Shown: positions 1-9,151 of the stretch, in pieces
How the letters are laid out: every line of letters starts with the position of its first letter
Numbering within the stretch: position 1 is the first letter of the stretch
Assembly: GCA_902597385.1 (NCBI GenBank)
Contig: CACJXQ010000001.1
Span: 31,910 to 95,909 of the forward strand
Direction: 5' to 3'
Length of the DNA stretch: 64,000 nt
Source of the DNA: an uncultured Pseudomonadota bacterium
GTDB taxonomy: Bacteria > Pseudomonadota > Gammaproteobacteria > Ga0077536
The notes under the pieces: model-generated
Seen by the model: only the letters and a program-made list of their open reading frames with translations
Told to the model about the DNA's origin: nothing
Database searches by the model: none
Translations under genes and position numbers: made by a program

Positions 1-506
1 TAATTTTTAACCCGATGTTTATACAACTTATCCTGGAGCAAGGTCTCTCCATTTATGGCGGTTAAAGAAACAGAAATTTCGATATCTTCTCCGTTCGAGT
101 CTACTATTTTTCCCGATAAATAAAGGTCTCCTGTTGCGGTTTTATCGGGAACCACCCGAGCGGATTCGAAGGCATTCGTGTTATTGAGGGCATCTCTAAG
201 TTTTACAGCAAAGTGATTTGCCTCAGCACGCCGTAACTCCGGCCATATATTTTTTTTGGTGAATTCGTCGGAATTTTCAGGAATATTTGGGTCAAGTGGT
301 AGCACAAGAATCGATAAGTCAGTTCGCTTTGTCTGTGATTTCCCAACGGATGATTTGGGTTCCGATCCATAGCTGGGACCTACGGAATACCCTTTTTGAG
401 AACTAGATTTTCCCGTCGTTGTTACACACCCACTCAAGAAAATCGCGATGGTGCACATTCCCAGTAAAATTCTGGGTTCTAAAAAACGATTAGAAGTAGT
501 CATCAT
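1..506 (-). CDS. Hypothetical lipoprotein, partial (runs off the left edge; not in the ORF track)
   Basis: Hand translation from ATG 506/503: MMTTSNRFLEPRILLGMCTIAIFLSGCVTTTG...LPLDPNIPENSDEFTKKNIWPELRRAEANHFAVKLRDAL. Lipobox LSGC; frame open to position 1; start overlaps the upstream stop (ATGA). Confidence 0.75.
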   Translation of the reverse strand, partial: MMTTSNRFLEPRILLGMCTIAIFLSGCVTTTGKSSSQKGYSVGPSYGSEPKSSVGKSQTKRTDLSILVLPLDPNIPENSDEFTKKNIWPELRRAEANHFAVKLRDALNNTNAFESARVVPDKTATGDLYLSGKIVDSNGEDIEISVSLTAINGETLLQDKLYKHRVKN

Positions 507-1186
507 AATTCCTCGTATCTTCGCATAAGCGCCTCTTTTACATCTGGATCATTTTCCTGTTCAGCTCTGGCTTTGATTTGCTCTTTCAAAATTTGCGTGT
601 TTCTTGATTTCTCTAAGGTTTCATGAGCGCGGCCTTGCAAAGGGGGTGGCGCCGCTAAGTCTGATTCTATAGAGAGCGCTTCTAGGTCCTGATTGAAATT
701 CTCGAGCATCAATCCTCCCTTATCGGTTAATGCGACAGAGTTCTCTCCTGATTCTAGGATGTTGGAGGAAAGTGTGGCATCTGCGGTTGAAGAGACTACC
801 GTTTTAGACTTTCCCCCTTGGCTAACCTCTTCACTAGGGTTTGAAGAAGATTCGCTAGTGGAAGGCCCGAACTGGTTGCCAGAACTGGAATCATTTAGCT
901 GTTCTATGCCGCTCGAATCGACATTTTCACGGTCGCATTGTAGAAATTTGGATAGCTCAATAGAGAAGTCGCTGCTTAAAGTGTTGAGCTTTTCCTCTTT
1001 CGTTAACGGTCCTTGAGTGCTGTTTTTGTGATGAATCTCAGCACATTCGGAAAACGCAGAGGGTTTTGCGCTAGCTGCTGAGGTATTAAAACAAGAAATA
1101 ATTAATAAAGAGACTATCGAGCAATGTGGTGATGGAACTTTTTTGTCTGCATTATTTGCGGGTTGGTAATAATATGATTTAGCCAA
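503..1186 (-). CDS. Hypothetical secreted protein with Ser-rich linker and helical C-terminus
   Basis: 227-aa ORF with a hydrophobic signal-like segment, low-complexity S/E middle and C-terminus IKARAEQENDPDVKEALMRRYEEL; translationally coupled to the lipoprotein; start uncertain. Confidence 0.65.
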   Translation of the reverse strand: MAKSYYYQPANNADKKVPSPHCSIVSLLIISCFNTSAASAKPSAFSECAEIHHKNSTQGPLTKEEKLNTLSSDFSIELSKFLQCDRENVDSSGIEQLNDSSSGNQFGPSTSESSSNPSEEVSQGGKSKTVVSSTADATLSSNILESGENSVALTDKGGLMLENFNQDLEALSIESDLAAPPPLQGRAHETLEKSRNTQILKEQIKARAEQENDPDVKEALMRRYEEL

Positions 1187-1361
1187 TCGTATAACACCTT
1201 TGTGAAGGCTCTGATTAATCCTAAATGATGGCTATTTACTGTAAATTTTGCAAGTTTCACCGATTTCTTGCTTCATCTTTTTATTTTACCAATTGGAGCA
1301 TCTTAAAAGGATTAAGGTAAAGTTTGATTAAATCAATGATGTACACCGAAGTATAAGTTAG

Positions 1362-1562
1362 TCAGCTACCCCAACCTAGATCTTCGTCCAGCACTCGGTA
1401 TTCATAAACCTCTTGGCCTTCACCAAAAAAGCTAAATGTCCCGTCTTCTTCTAGGGTGATTGGAACATTGACCTGCAACCGCTTTGCGAATTCGGGAACC
1501 TTATAAAAGGCTTCTTCAAAACTCTCAAAACTATGGCTTTTATTCACTATATTCATCTTCAC
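1362..1562 (-). CDS. Small acidic hypothetical protein
   Basis: 66-aa ORF in an otherwise empty interval with protein-like composition; no family recognised. Confidence 0.45.
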   Translation of the reverse strand: MKMNIVNKSHSFESFEEAFYKVPEFAKRLQVNVPITLEEDGTFSFFGEGQEVYEYRVLDEDLGWGS

Positions 1563-1783
1563 ACCATGTTTTTACATATTTTTTATACGGCAATATGTCT
1601 CTTTACGATCAGTGAAGTAGGCACCCAGTTTATTGTCTCGGAAAGGGTTTGATACCAGAAATTATTCCCAAAATTTCAGCATCTTGAAACGTTTCTGTTA
1701 ATATCTTTGAGATGCTCTCCTTTGAATGAGAGTAGCTATAATTCCGCAATAACTATTTGAAAATTTGAGCTTAGGTATATTCT

Positions 1784-2170
1784 ATGATCCTTTTTTTCGG
1801 TGGGGCGCTTGGCTTAGTATCTTTACTTGTTGCAGCATTTCTACATCACAACTCGGCTGCTATTGATCCTATTGAAAACTTCAATGCTATCAAGATCGCT
1901 CTCAACTATGCCCAAATAAATGCAGTTTTAATTTCGGTGCTTGGCTTATTCATCTTATGGCCCAGACTTAAAGCAGCAAAAAGACTCATCCATTGGATAA
2001 GCGTGTTACTTGCTTTAGGCACGTTTCTATTTTGTCTTGGGGTTCTTGCATCGAACTTTTCCCATATGCATATTTTATCTACCCTCGCTCCTGTCGGTGG
2101 AGTGTTTATGATAATTTCGTGGTTTTTATTGATGATATTGGGATTATTGTCGATTAGGAAACATTCATGA
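1784..2170 (+). CDS. DUF423/YgdD (TMEM256-like) membrane protein
   Basis: Four hydrophobic segments; motifs AAFLHH, GTFLFC, LAPVGG..MIISW. Confidence 0.7.
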   Translation: MILFFGGALGLVSLLVAAFLHHNSAAIDPIENFNAIKIALNYAQINAVLISVLGLFILWPRLKAAKRLIHWISVLLALGTFLFCLGVLASNFSHMHILSTLAPVGGVFMIISWFLLMILGLLSIRKHS

Positions 2171-2754
2171 GTTCTCGATCCTGGATCGTTGTAACTGTCC
2201 TGTTATTAATCTTTGGTTTTAGTTTAGTAGGTCCCGTAATGAGTAAAGTAGAAGAGCCAGGTTATGTTATCGAGGCTTCCGATGCTAACATTGAAATTAG
2301 ATATTACAATTCGATGATTCTGGCTGAAGTGATGGTACATGGTGGCCGTAAAGAGGCTATCAAAGATGGATTTAGGATAATCGCCGATTATATATTTGGA
2401 AATAATTCATCTTCGCAAAAGATTGCTATGACGGCGCCTGTGCAGCAGCAGAAGGCGAAAGACGGATGGAGAGTTAGCTTTGTAATGCCTTCTAAGTATT
2501 CTCTAACCTCCTTACCAAAACCGTCTATAGACAATCTGTGGGTTAGAGAGATACCCTCTGCTAAATACGTGGCGATCAGATTTTCTGGAACTAGTACACA
2601 GGCTAACTTAAAAAAACATGAAGCTGTGCTTTTAGATTATGTTACTGCTCACCGCTTAAAGGTCTTGGGATCTATTAAGTATGCTTTTTATAATCCACCT
2701 TGGACTTTGCCTTTTTTGAGAAGAAACGAGCTAATGCTTCAGTTGGTTGAATAG
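2167..2754 (+). CDS. SOUL family heme-binding protein
   Basis: VEEPGY, EIRYY, GFRIIADYIFGNN, IAMTAPV, FVMPS, YNPPWTLPFLRRNE; overlaps the upstream stop (ATGA). Confidence 0.9.
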   Translation: MSSRSWIVVTVLLLIFGFSLVGPVMSKVEEPGYVIEASDANIEIRYYNSMILAEVMVHGGRKEAIKDGFRIIADYIFGNNSSSQKIAMTAPVQQQKAKDGWRVSFVMPSKYSLTSLPKPSIDNLWVREIPSAKYVAIRFSGTSTQANLKKHEAVLLDYVTAHRLKVLGSIKYAFYNPPWTLPFLRRNELMLQLVE

Positions 2755-2776
2755 CAGGGCTTTAGCATAGGCTACG

Positions 2777-4033
2777 CTATTCTTTTAATTGAAGTAAATT
2801 GGAAAGTGACTCTTGAAATACGGTATCTTTTCTAGTGGCTAGGTCCTTAAGGAGTTTATAAATCTGTGGGTCATTTTCTAGATTTATTATATCGTCTACT
2901 TCCTGGGTCGCAGGATAGCAAGGAGTTATTTTGAGTAAATTGCTTAAGTAGATAGTATCCATGGAGCGTGCTAAGACCCATTTATATTTGTCACTCCTGG
3001 CTATCCAACCGACTTCAAGAAGACCATTGAGTGATTCGAAAAAGACATTATTTCCAAAGGATTTTAATATCTTTTTTAATTCCTGCTCATTGATTGTTTC
3101 CCCTCTTATTAGATTTGAACTAAGAATGCTTAGTAATTTTAATTGGCAATATAGGAGCCTAAGCGCTGTGTTTGCCAAATCACCAGGAGGACTATCGATA
3201 TTGAAGGACTCTACGCATTTCGAAATTTCGGCTCCCACAAGAATTATTAACCAAGAAACATAAACCCAAATAAAAAAAATAGGAATGACTGCGAAGGCAC
3301 CATATATAATCTGCTGGGAGGGGAAGAACGCTATGAAAAGCGTGAAACAGTACTTAGCAATTTCAAAGAAAATAGCAGCTACTAATCCACCAATGATTGC
3401 ATCGCGAAAGATAACGGGTCGATAGGGAACCAGAAAAAAAAGAAGAGAAAAAGCTGCAGTGGTCGACGCGAGGGGTAATATGGTTAAGACAACACCGCCA
3501 CTTAGAGAATGTTGGGTCTCTGACAGTATAAGCGCTAGTAAATTTGAGGATGCGAATATACCAAGCCCTAAAAATAAAGGGCCTAAAGTCAAAATTGCCC
3601 AATAGAGTAAAAATCGCATCGCCATAGGACGCTTGTTTTGTATTTTCCAAATAAGATTAAAACTGCCCTCAATGGTTCCCATCAGCGACAAAGCTGTCAC
3701 AATCAGGATCGTTAGGCCGGCAGCTCTTAAAGTGGTTGCGTTTTGAGAAAAAATATTTAAATAGTGTCTCAGTTGATCGCCAATTTCAGGAATTAAATTT
3801 TCGAAGATAAGGTCGGTTAGGCTCGTCTTCCATGTATCGAAAGCTTGAAAGGAACTGAAGGTGAATTCCATCACCGTAAGGAGAGGTACTAAAGCTAGTA
3901 AGGAGGTGTAAGCAAGAGAAGCCGCCTTTTCTGCACATCTATCCTTACGGAATTCCGCGTGTAGACGCCTAAAGAAATGCTGCCACTTAGTTGCCTGTGA
4001 GGTCAAAAATCGTCTTTTTTCCAAGGCGTTCAT
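2777..4033 (-). CDS. YihY/BrkB family inner membrane protein with C-terminal wHTH-like extension
   Basis: AASLAYTSLLALVP, IEGSFNLIW, YWAILTLGP, IYGAFAVIPIFFIWVYVSWLIILVGAEI. Confidence 0.9.
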   Translation of the reverse strand: MNALEKRRFLTSQATKWQHFFRRLHAEFRKDRCAEKAASLAYTSLLALVPLLTVMEFTFSSFQAFDTWKTSLTDLIFENLIPEIGDQLRHYLNIFSQNATTLRAAGLTILIVTALSLMGTIEGSFNLIWKIQNKRPMAMRFLLYWAILTLGPLFLGLGIFASSNLLALILSETQHSLSGGVVLTILPLASTTAAFSLLFFLVPYRPVIFRDAIIGGLVAAIFFEIAKYCFTLFIAFFPSQQIIYGAFAVIPIFFIWVYVSWLIILVGAEISKCVESFNIDSPPGDLANTALRLLYCQLKLLSILSSNLIRGETINEQELKKILKSFGNNVFFESLNGLLEVGWIARSDKYKWVLARSMDTIYLSNLLKITPCYPATQEVDDIINLENDPQIYKLLKDLATRKDTVFQESLSNLLQLKE

Positions 4034-4046
4034 ATGCTAACTCTTT

Positions 4047-4256
4047 TCAATTATGAAAAAGACGATACGAGAAATAAATAAGGCACATGATAAAGGAGAT
4101 GATGCCCCAAATTACTAGCCATCGTTGGGATCCTTTTAAACCTAAAAAGACAAATATAATTCCTATGAGAAGAGTCAGAGCAACTGTCGTATCAACAATA
4201 TTTTGAGACGCATGTTCTTTGTTTTCTAGATGTTGTTCCTCTATTCTATAACGCAT
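4047..4256 (-). CDS. Small two-TM membrane protein
   Basis: 69-aa ORF with two hydrophobic helices, tightly packed between co-oriented genes. Confidence 0.6.
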   Translation of the reverse strand: MRYRIEEQHLENKEHASQNIVDTTVALTLLIGIIFVFLGLKGSQRWLVIWGIISFIMCLIYFSYRLFHN

Positions 4257-4285
4257 AAAGGTGTCAGTGTTTGGTTTAACTATGC

Positions 4286-5143
4286 CTACCTGTAGTTGAG
4301 GGCGGTTTCGCTTATCTTATTGCCACGGATTCTGGTGTGCATCATTAGGCGTTCCTTTGACGAATCGAAAGGTCTTGCTCGGTGTAGTAGGCATCTATTG
4401 TCCCATATCGCTATATCACCCGGGGACCAAGAATGCTGCCAAACGAATTGACCTTTCACAATCTGGGCATTCAGAAATTGCAATAACTCTTCTGCCTCTT
4501 TCTCGGGCATCCCTGGTATGTTACAAGCGTGCCTTCCAACATATAACGCCGGCCTGTTAGTTTCAGGGTGGATTTTCACCAGTGGATAAATTGGAGGTTC
4601 GCCCTCGTAAAAACCGTATGCAGCTCCTACCTTAACTTGGTGCCCAATCTTTGCTTGAGAAACGAAGTAGTTGTGTGTTGCGTTGAGTTTGTCTATTTTT
4701 TCCCTAATGTGCATTTCTAAAGAGTCGTAGGCGGCTCTAGCATCTGCCCATTCTGTTTGCCCACCAAACTCTGGGATTATCTTGGCAGATAGGACGGAGG
4801 CCTTAGAGGCTCGGGGCATGTAGGAGCTATCAGTGTGCCAAATTTCATTGCCTTTTAGCAATTTAATTTGTTCCTCTTCGTCGCTCATTATCCTTCCGTT
4901 AGAGGATCGGTTGCTCAAAGGAATAGTTTCCATATCGTCTACAAGATATTCGATTTCTCCGAAAATTTTTGCAAATTCGATTTGTTGTTTGGAGCTCAAA
5001 TTTTGTCCAGGGAAGATCAGTAATGCATATTTTAAAAAGGCTTCCTTTATGTCGTCTAATAAGTCTGATGTTAGTTGACTTAGGTGAATTCCGGATACTA
5101 TCGCGCCGAAGGTTACGTCTGTTGGTTGGATTTTAAATTTCAT
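4286..5143 (-). CDS. TauD/TfdA family Fe(II)/2-oxoglutarate dioxygenase
   Basis: WHTDSSY (HxD), GGQTEWAD, WDNRCLLHRA. Confidence 0.92.
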   Translation of the reverse strand: MKFKIQPTDVTFGAIVSGIHLSQLTSDLLDDIKEAFLKYALLIFPGQNLSSKQQIEFAKIFGEIEYLVDDMETIPLSNRSSNGRIMSDEEEQIKLLKGNEIWHTDSSYMPRASKASVLSAKIIPEFGGQTEWADARAAYDSLEMHIREKIDKLNATHNYFVSQAKIGHQVKVGAAYGFYEGEPPIYPLVKIHPETNRPALYVGRHACNIPGMPEKEAEELLQFLNAQIVKGQFVWQHSWSPGDIAIWDNRCLLHRARPFDSSKERLMMHTRIRGNKISETALNYR

Positions 5144-5256
5144 GCTGGGTAAGGCCCTTCGTATTAAGAATTAGATGCAACCTTTTGTTTGATTACACTA
5201 GGGGGCCTGGCGTAACTTTTGAGCCGAGTGCCTAGTGGAGACAAACTTTGTCTAAC

Positions 5257-6465
5257 CTATTCTAATTTGTTACTTTTATCAACATGGTTCCTTGTTCGAG
5301 GCCTGCTATCCAAAATAAACCATGCTACTAAACCCAATAGAATAGCCATAGTTCCGGTAATTAAATAAGGCATCTCGGCACCTAAATGCTCCAGTGTAAA
5401 ACCAAACCAAAGATGAGATATTACGGCGCCCAAACCCATAGTAGCGCCAAGTAGGGCCTGTCCAGTTACTCTGATTTTATCCGGTACTTCGTTTTCAACA
5501 AATAATTGCATTCCGATTATCAATCCAGCCACGACAGCTCCATGCAAAAGTTGGATTCCAAAAACAATGGTTAAACTTGAAGCGGTAGCGGTAACTAGCC
5601 AACGCAGGCCATCGCAGGATATTCCAAATACGATTAGGCCGCGCGCGCCAACACGACGCAAGCCAGATCCAGCAAAATAGATAAGTGGAATTTCTAGCAA
5701 TAGCATAGGAATCCAAAGTCGGCTGATCATCTCTACATCGCCTCCTTTTGCGACAACAAAAACCGGAAAAATGACGATTGGGCCCGCGAGTAATCCGAAG
5801 GCTAGAAATGCAAGCCCCAAGAGTTTGAGATAAGGAGATAGTTTTAGTAACTTTTGAAAGTCCTCTTTTTTTGCCTTCACGGAGATCGATGTTGAGGTCG
5901 GTATCCAAAATAGAACTAGTGCTGATAAAGCGCACATGAACGCGGCGATTGGGAATATCAATTTTAAAATGTCCAGTTCTGACCCCTCTGCTTTCGAGCC
6001 AGGTATCTGGAATATTATAGGAAATAGCACGATCATAATTAAGTAACCGATCGTCCCCCATACCCTAATATGTCCGAACTGGTGTGATTGATTCTTTCCA
6101 AGAATTGCAAATGACAAAGAAGTTGCTACCGACATAGCTGGCGCAGAAAAGAAGGCTAGGATGCACATAAAAAGCAGTAGAGTGTAAAAAATTTCAGCAG
6201 AAGATACCAAGAAATATCCTACAGCTGAACCGATTGCCAAGATCAACAAGCATAGTTTACGCTTGCCTGTTCTATCGGACCAAGTTCCCCAAATTGGAGC
6301 TGCGATGATTCCTATCAGTGGATGCATGGCTAGTGCTATTCCGAGTTGGGTGCCACTGAGGCCCAAGTTTTCCTGGAAATATAAACTTTGATAGGGAAAT
6401 ATTACCCCTAGACCAGCCATGTAAAGAAACCAAAAAAGGGAAATAGGGACGAAACCAAGTGGCAT
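5257..6465 (-). CDS. MFS transporter (MFS_1-like, HcaT/nucleoside-type)
   Basis: About 12 TM; WGTWSDRTGKRK motif A, FGHIRVWGTIGY, QLLHG. Confidence 0.85.
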   Translation of the reverse strand: MPLGFVPISLFWFLYMAGLGVIFPYQSLYFQENLGLSGTQLGIALAMHPLIGIIAAPIWGTWSDRTGKRKLCLLILAIGSAVGYFLVSSAEIFYTLLLFMCILAFFSAPAMSVATSLSFAILGKNQSHQFGHIRVWGTIGYLIMIVLFPIIFQIPGSKAEGSELDILKLIFPIAAFMCALSALVLFWIPTSTSISVKAKKEDFQKLLKLSPYLKLLGLAFLAFGLLAGPIVIFPVFVVAKGGDVEMISRLWIPMLLLEIPLIYFAGSGLRRVGARGLIVFGISCDGLRWLVTATASSLTIVFGIQLLHGAVVAGLIIGMQLFVENEVPDKIRVTGQALLGATMGLGAVISHLWFGFTLEHLGAEMPYLITGTMAILLGLVAWFILDSRPRTRNHVDKSNKLE

Positions 6466-6704
6466 GGATTAAGGGTTTTAGCTAAGGCGAAGGAGAGAAG
6501 GCAAATTAAAAGGCCGAATGAAAAGTGCGATTATTAGCACTAGTTGTGATGTGCCCATTTAATTTGCCTTTCTTCTTGAAATAAATCGATTGTAACTGAT
6601 GAGGTCGACGAAAGCAGTATAGATAATGATCCTGTAGGTATAGAAACGCTTTCAAGTTGTGATCCGAGGTTCGAAACTATTGAATATCTCCGAGGTTGTG
6701 AACC

Positions 6705-7043
6705 TTATTTTTCTAGGGCTTTGGCAATAGAACGTTGCTTTTCTGTGCCCCAATTAACTAAGCTTTTAATAATTGGCATTCCTGATTTTCCAAAAGAGGT
6801 GAGAGAGTATTCGACATGTGGGGGGACGACTTCAAAAACTTTTCTACGAACTAATCCGTCTCGTTCCATTTCCTTAAGTTGTTTGGATAGCATCTGTTGA
6901 GTGATTTCTCCGATTGCTCTACGCAGTTCTCCGAAGCGCATACTTCTGTCTGCTAATAGGTGCATAATCACGAGTTTCCATTTTCCACCAATCAGGCTTA
7001 GCGCATTCATCACTGGACAATCTTTTTTCTTGGTGCCAATCAT
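6705..7043 (-). CDS. HxlR/DUF24 family (MarR-like) redox-sensing regulator
   Basis: N-terminal CPV, IGGKWK, RFGELRR, ITQQMLSKQLKEME, VPPHVEYSLT. Confidence 0.92.
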   Translation of the reverse strand: MIGTKKKDCPVMNALSLIGGKWKLVIMHLLADRSMRFGELRRAIGEITQQMLSKQLKEMERDGLVRRKVFEVVPPHVEYSLTSFGKSGMPIIKSLVNWGTEKQRSIAKALEK

Positions 7044-7044
7044 G

Positions 7045-7098
7045 GTATGAAATTATATAATAGTATGAAAAAAAAGGGTACTTGAAAAAATATATACC
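7045..7098. promoter_or_regulatory. Divergent promoter region with candidate HxlR/DUF24 operator
   Basis: Imperfect inverted repeat AGTAT(7062)...GTACT(7082) and direct repeat GTATGAAA (7045, 7063) between the regulator and the divergent operon. Confidence 0.4.
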
Positions 7099-7149
7099 TT
7101 GCTTTAGTTTAGCTCGTCAGTTTAATGAATTTGTATAAGGAGCAAGGAA

Positions 7150-7281
7150 ATGAGTGAAAATAGAAACTGTGGCTGTGGACGATCGCCAACGGGACTTTGC
7201 ATAGGATGGCATTCGCTGGGTGAGGGCGAATATAAAAAAGCTTTGGAAGAATGGAAAGAACGGGAAAAGAAAAGAGATTAA
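7150..7281 (+). CDS. 43-aa Cys/His protein, CDGSH-like candidate Fe-S miniprotein (not in the ORF track)
   Basis: MSENRNCGCGRSPTGLCIGWHSLGEGEYKKALEEWKEREKKRD; purine-rich AAGGAGCAAGGAA upstream; stop lies 11 nt before the yqjG start. Confidence 0.8.
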   Translation: MSENRNCGCGRSPTGLCIGWHSLGEGEYKKALEEWKEREKKRD

Positions 7282-7292
7282 TGGAGTTGTAA

Positions 7293-8264
7293 ATGGGATT
7301 ACTTGTTGAAGGTGTTTGGAGAACTGATTGGTATGATACGAAAAGCACTGGGGGCGAATTCGTTAGAGGAGAGACTCAGTTTAGGAAATGGATCGGAGTG
7401 GATGCCGGCTTAGAGGCGGAGTCCGATAGATATCATCTCTATGTTTCTTTGGCGTGTCCCTGGGCGCATAGAGCATTGATATTTAGAAAGCTAAAGGGAT
7501 TAGAGAATGTGATCAGTGTTTCCTTAGTGGCGGCAGAAATGTTGGAAAATGGGTGGGAGATTGATGATGAACTTGGTCGTAAATTACAATATGAGTCGAG
7601 TCCTATAGAGGGTATTAAGTACCTGCGAGAAGTATATACGGCTGCAAAATCGGATTATACTGGGAGAGTAACTGTCCCTATCTTGTGGGATAAGAAGCTG
7701 TCAAGGATAGTCAGTAACGAGTCATCAGACATAATTCGTATGTTAAATAGTGCTTTTGAAAAATATTCTTCTAATGGGTATGATTTTTTTCCTGAGCAAG
7801 ATCGGGGTGAAATAGAACGGATTAATGCAGAAATCTATAGTCAGCTAAACAATGGTGTTTACAGGGCAGGTTTTGCAACATCTCAAGAGGCATATGAAAA
7901 GGCCTACCACGACATCTTTGATTGCCTAGACAGATTAGAAGTACTGCTAGGGACTAGAAGGTATTTGTTAGGGGAGCGGTTGTCTGAGGCAGATTGGAGA
8001 TTGTTCACTACACTAGTTAGGTTTGATGTGGTCTATTACTCACATTTTAAGGCAAATAAGAAGCGGCTAGAAGAATACTTCAACTTATCTAACTATGTTA
8101 GAGAACTATATCAATATGAAGGTGTTTCAGAGACGGTCGATTTTGATCAGATTAAAAAACACTACTACTATAGCCATGAAACTATCAACCCAAGTCGAGT
8201 AATTCCTGTTGGCCCATTGGTCGATTTTGAGGTTCCACACAATAGAAAGGAAATCTTTCCCTAA
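7293..8264 (+). CDS. yqjG: Glutathionyl-hydroquinone reductase (GST Xi/omega-like)
   Basis: RYHLYVSLACPWAHR, VTVPILWD, IVSNESSDIIRM, NNGVYRAGFA, INPSRVIP. Confidence 0.93.
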   Translation: MGLLVEGVWRTDWYDTKSTGGEFVRGETQFRKWIGVDAGLEAESDRYHLYVSLACPWAHRALIFRKLKGLENVISVSLVAAEMLENGWEIDDELGRKLQYESSPIEGIKYLREVYTAAKSDYTGRVTVPILWDKKLSRIVSNESSDIIRMLNSAFEKYSSNGYDFFPEQDRGEIERINAEIYSQLNNGVYRAGFATSQEAYEKAYHDIFDCLDRLEVLLGTRRYLLGERLSEADWRLFTTLVRFDVVYYSHFKANKKRLEEYFNLSNYVRELYQYEGVSETVDFDQIKKHYYYSHETINPSRVIPVGPLVDFEVPHNRKEIFP

Positions 8265-9103
8265 TGCAGAGATCAATTGAAAGGATTTTGAAGAGTAAGG
8301 TAGCCACCGATGGGGCAGGGGTAAAAATAAATAGAAACATAGTGGGTGAGGACCTTACGTTTTTCGATCCCTTTTTAATGCTGGATGAAATTTACTCCGA
8401 TGATCCAGATGACTATATAGGCGGTTTCCCCGAACATCCGCACAGAGGATTTGAGACGGTGACCTATATGCTCGACGGCAAGATGCGTCATTCTGATCAT
8501 CTTGGGAATGAAGGCATGTTAGGGCCTGGTGGGATGCAATGGATGACCGCTGGTCGAGGAGTCCTTCACTCCGAAATGCCGATGCAGGAATCTGGTCGTT
8601 TACACGGTTTTCAACTTTGGATCAATTTATCTTCTTCGGAAAAAATGACAGACCCTAATTATCAGGATATTCCAAAAGACCTTATTCCGGTGATAAAAAA
8701 CCGAGAAAACTTTTCGGTAAAAATATTAGCGGGTGATTTTTTATCAAAAGGACAGAGTGTAAAAGGTCCAGTATCTGGTATTAATGTTGAACCTGATATA
8801 TTTGACGTGCATATCAAGGCCTATACATTAGAAATACCCACTAAATTGGAAAAAAAGGTTCTAATCTACGTTTATGAGGGGTGTGTGGGCGTAGCTGGCC
8901 AGAATATTAAAAGTCAAGAAATGGGTGTGCTTTCAAGTGGTGACTCCGTTGTGTTTACTACCGAAGTAAGCTCTAAGTTTTTATTTTTATCTGCCCTCCC
9001 CCTGAGGGAGCCCATAGCATCATGGGGGCCTTTTGTAATGAATACTTTTGATGAAGTAAAAGAAGCAATAGAGGATTTTAAAAGTGGTAAATTAATAGGG
9101 TGA
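8264..9103 (+). CDS. Pirin family protein
   Basis: DPFLMLD, GFPEHPHRGFETVTY, QWMTAGRGVLHSEMP, GFQLWINL, GPFVMNT. Confidence 0.95.
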   Translation: MQRSIERILKSKVATDGAGVKINRNIVGEDLTFFDPFLMLDEIYSDDPDDYIGGFPEHPHRGFETVTYMLDGKMRHSDHLGNEGMLGPGGMQWMTAGRGVLHSEMPMQESGRLHGFQLWINLSSSEKMTDPNYQDIPKDLIPVIKNRENFSVKILAGDFLSKGQSVKGPVSGINVEPDIFDVHIKAYTLEIPTKLEKKVLIYVYEGCVGVAGQNIKSQEMGVLSSGDSVVFTTEVSSKFLFLSALPLREPIASWGPFVMNTFDEVKEAIEDFKSGKLIG

Positions 9104-9151
9104 TTTTCTTGGAAATTTCCCAATAGATTTTCTGTTGAATTAGGGGGGGTA

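Noticed and set aside
1660..1735. Minus-strand GGAGAG...GCTGAA with a hairpin, suggestive of a glycine riboswitch
   Set aside because: Lacks the GAAGG and CTCTCAGG core elements, and no glycine-related gene lies downstream.
5495..6061. 188-aa alternative-frame ORF inside the MFS gene
   Set aside because: Fully nested with no recognisable motifs; shadow ORF.
7109..7348. 79-aa minus-strand ORF
   Set aside because: Overlaps the yqjG start and the better-supported 43-aa plus-strand ORF.
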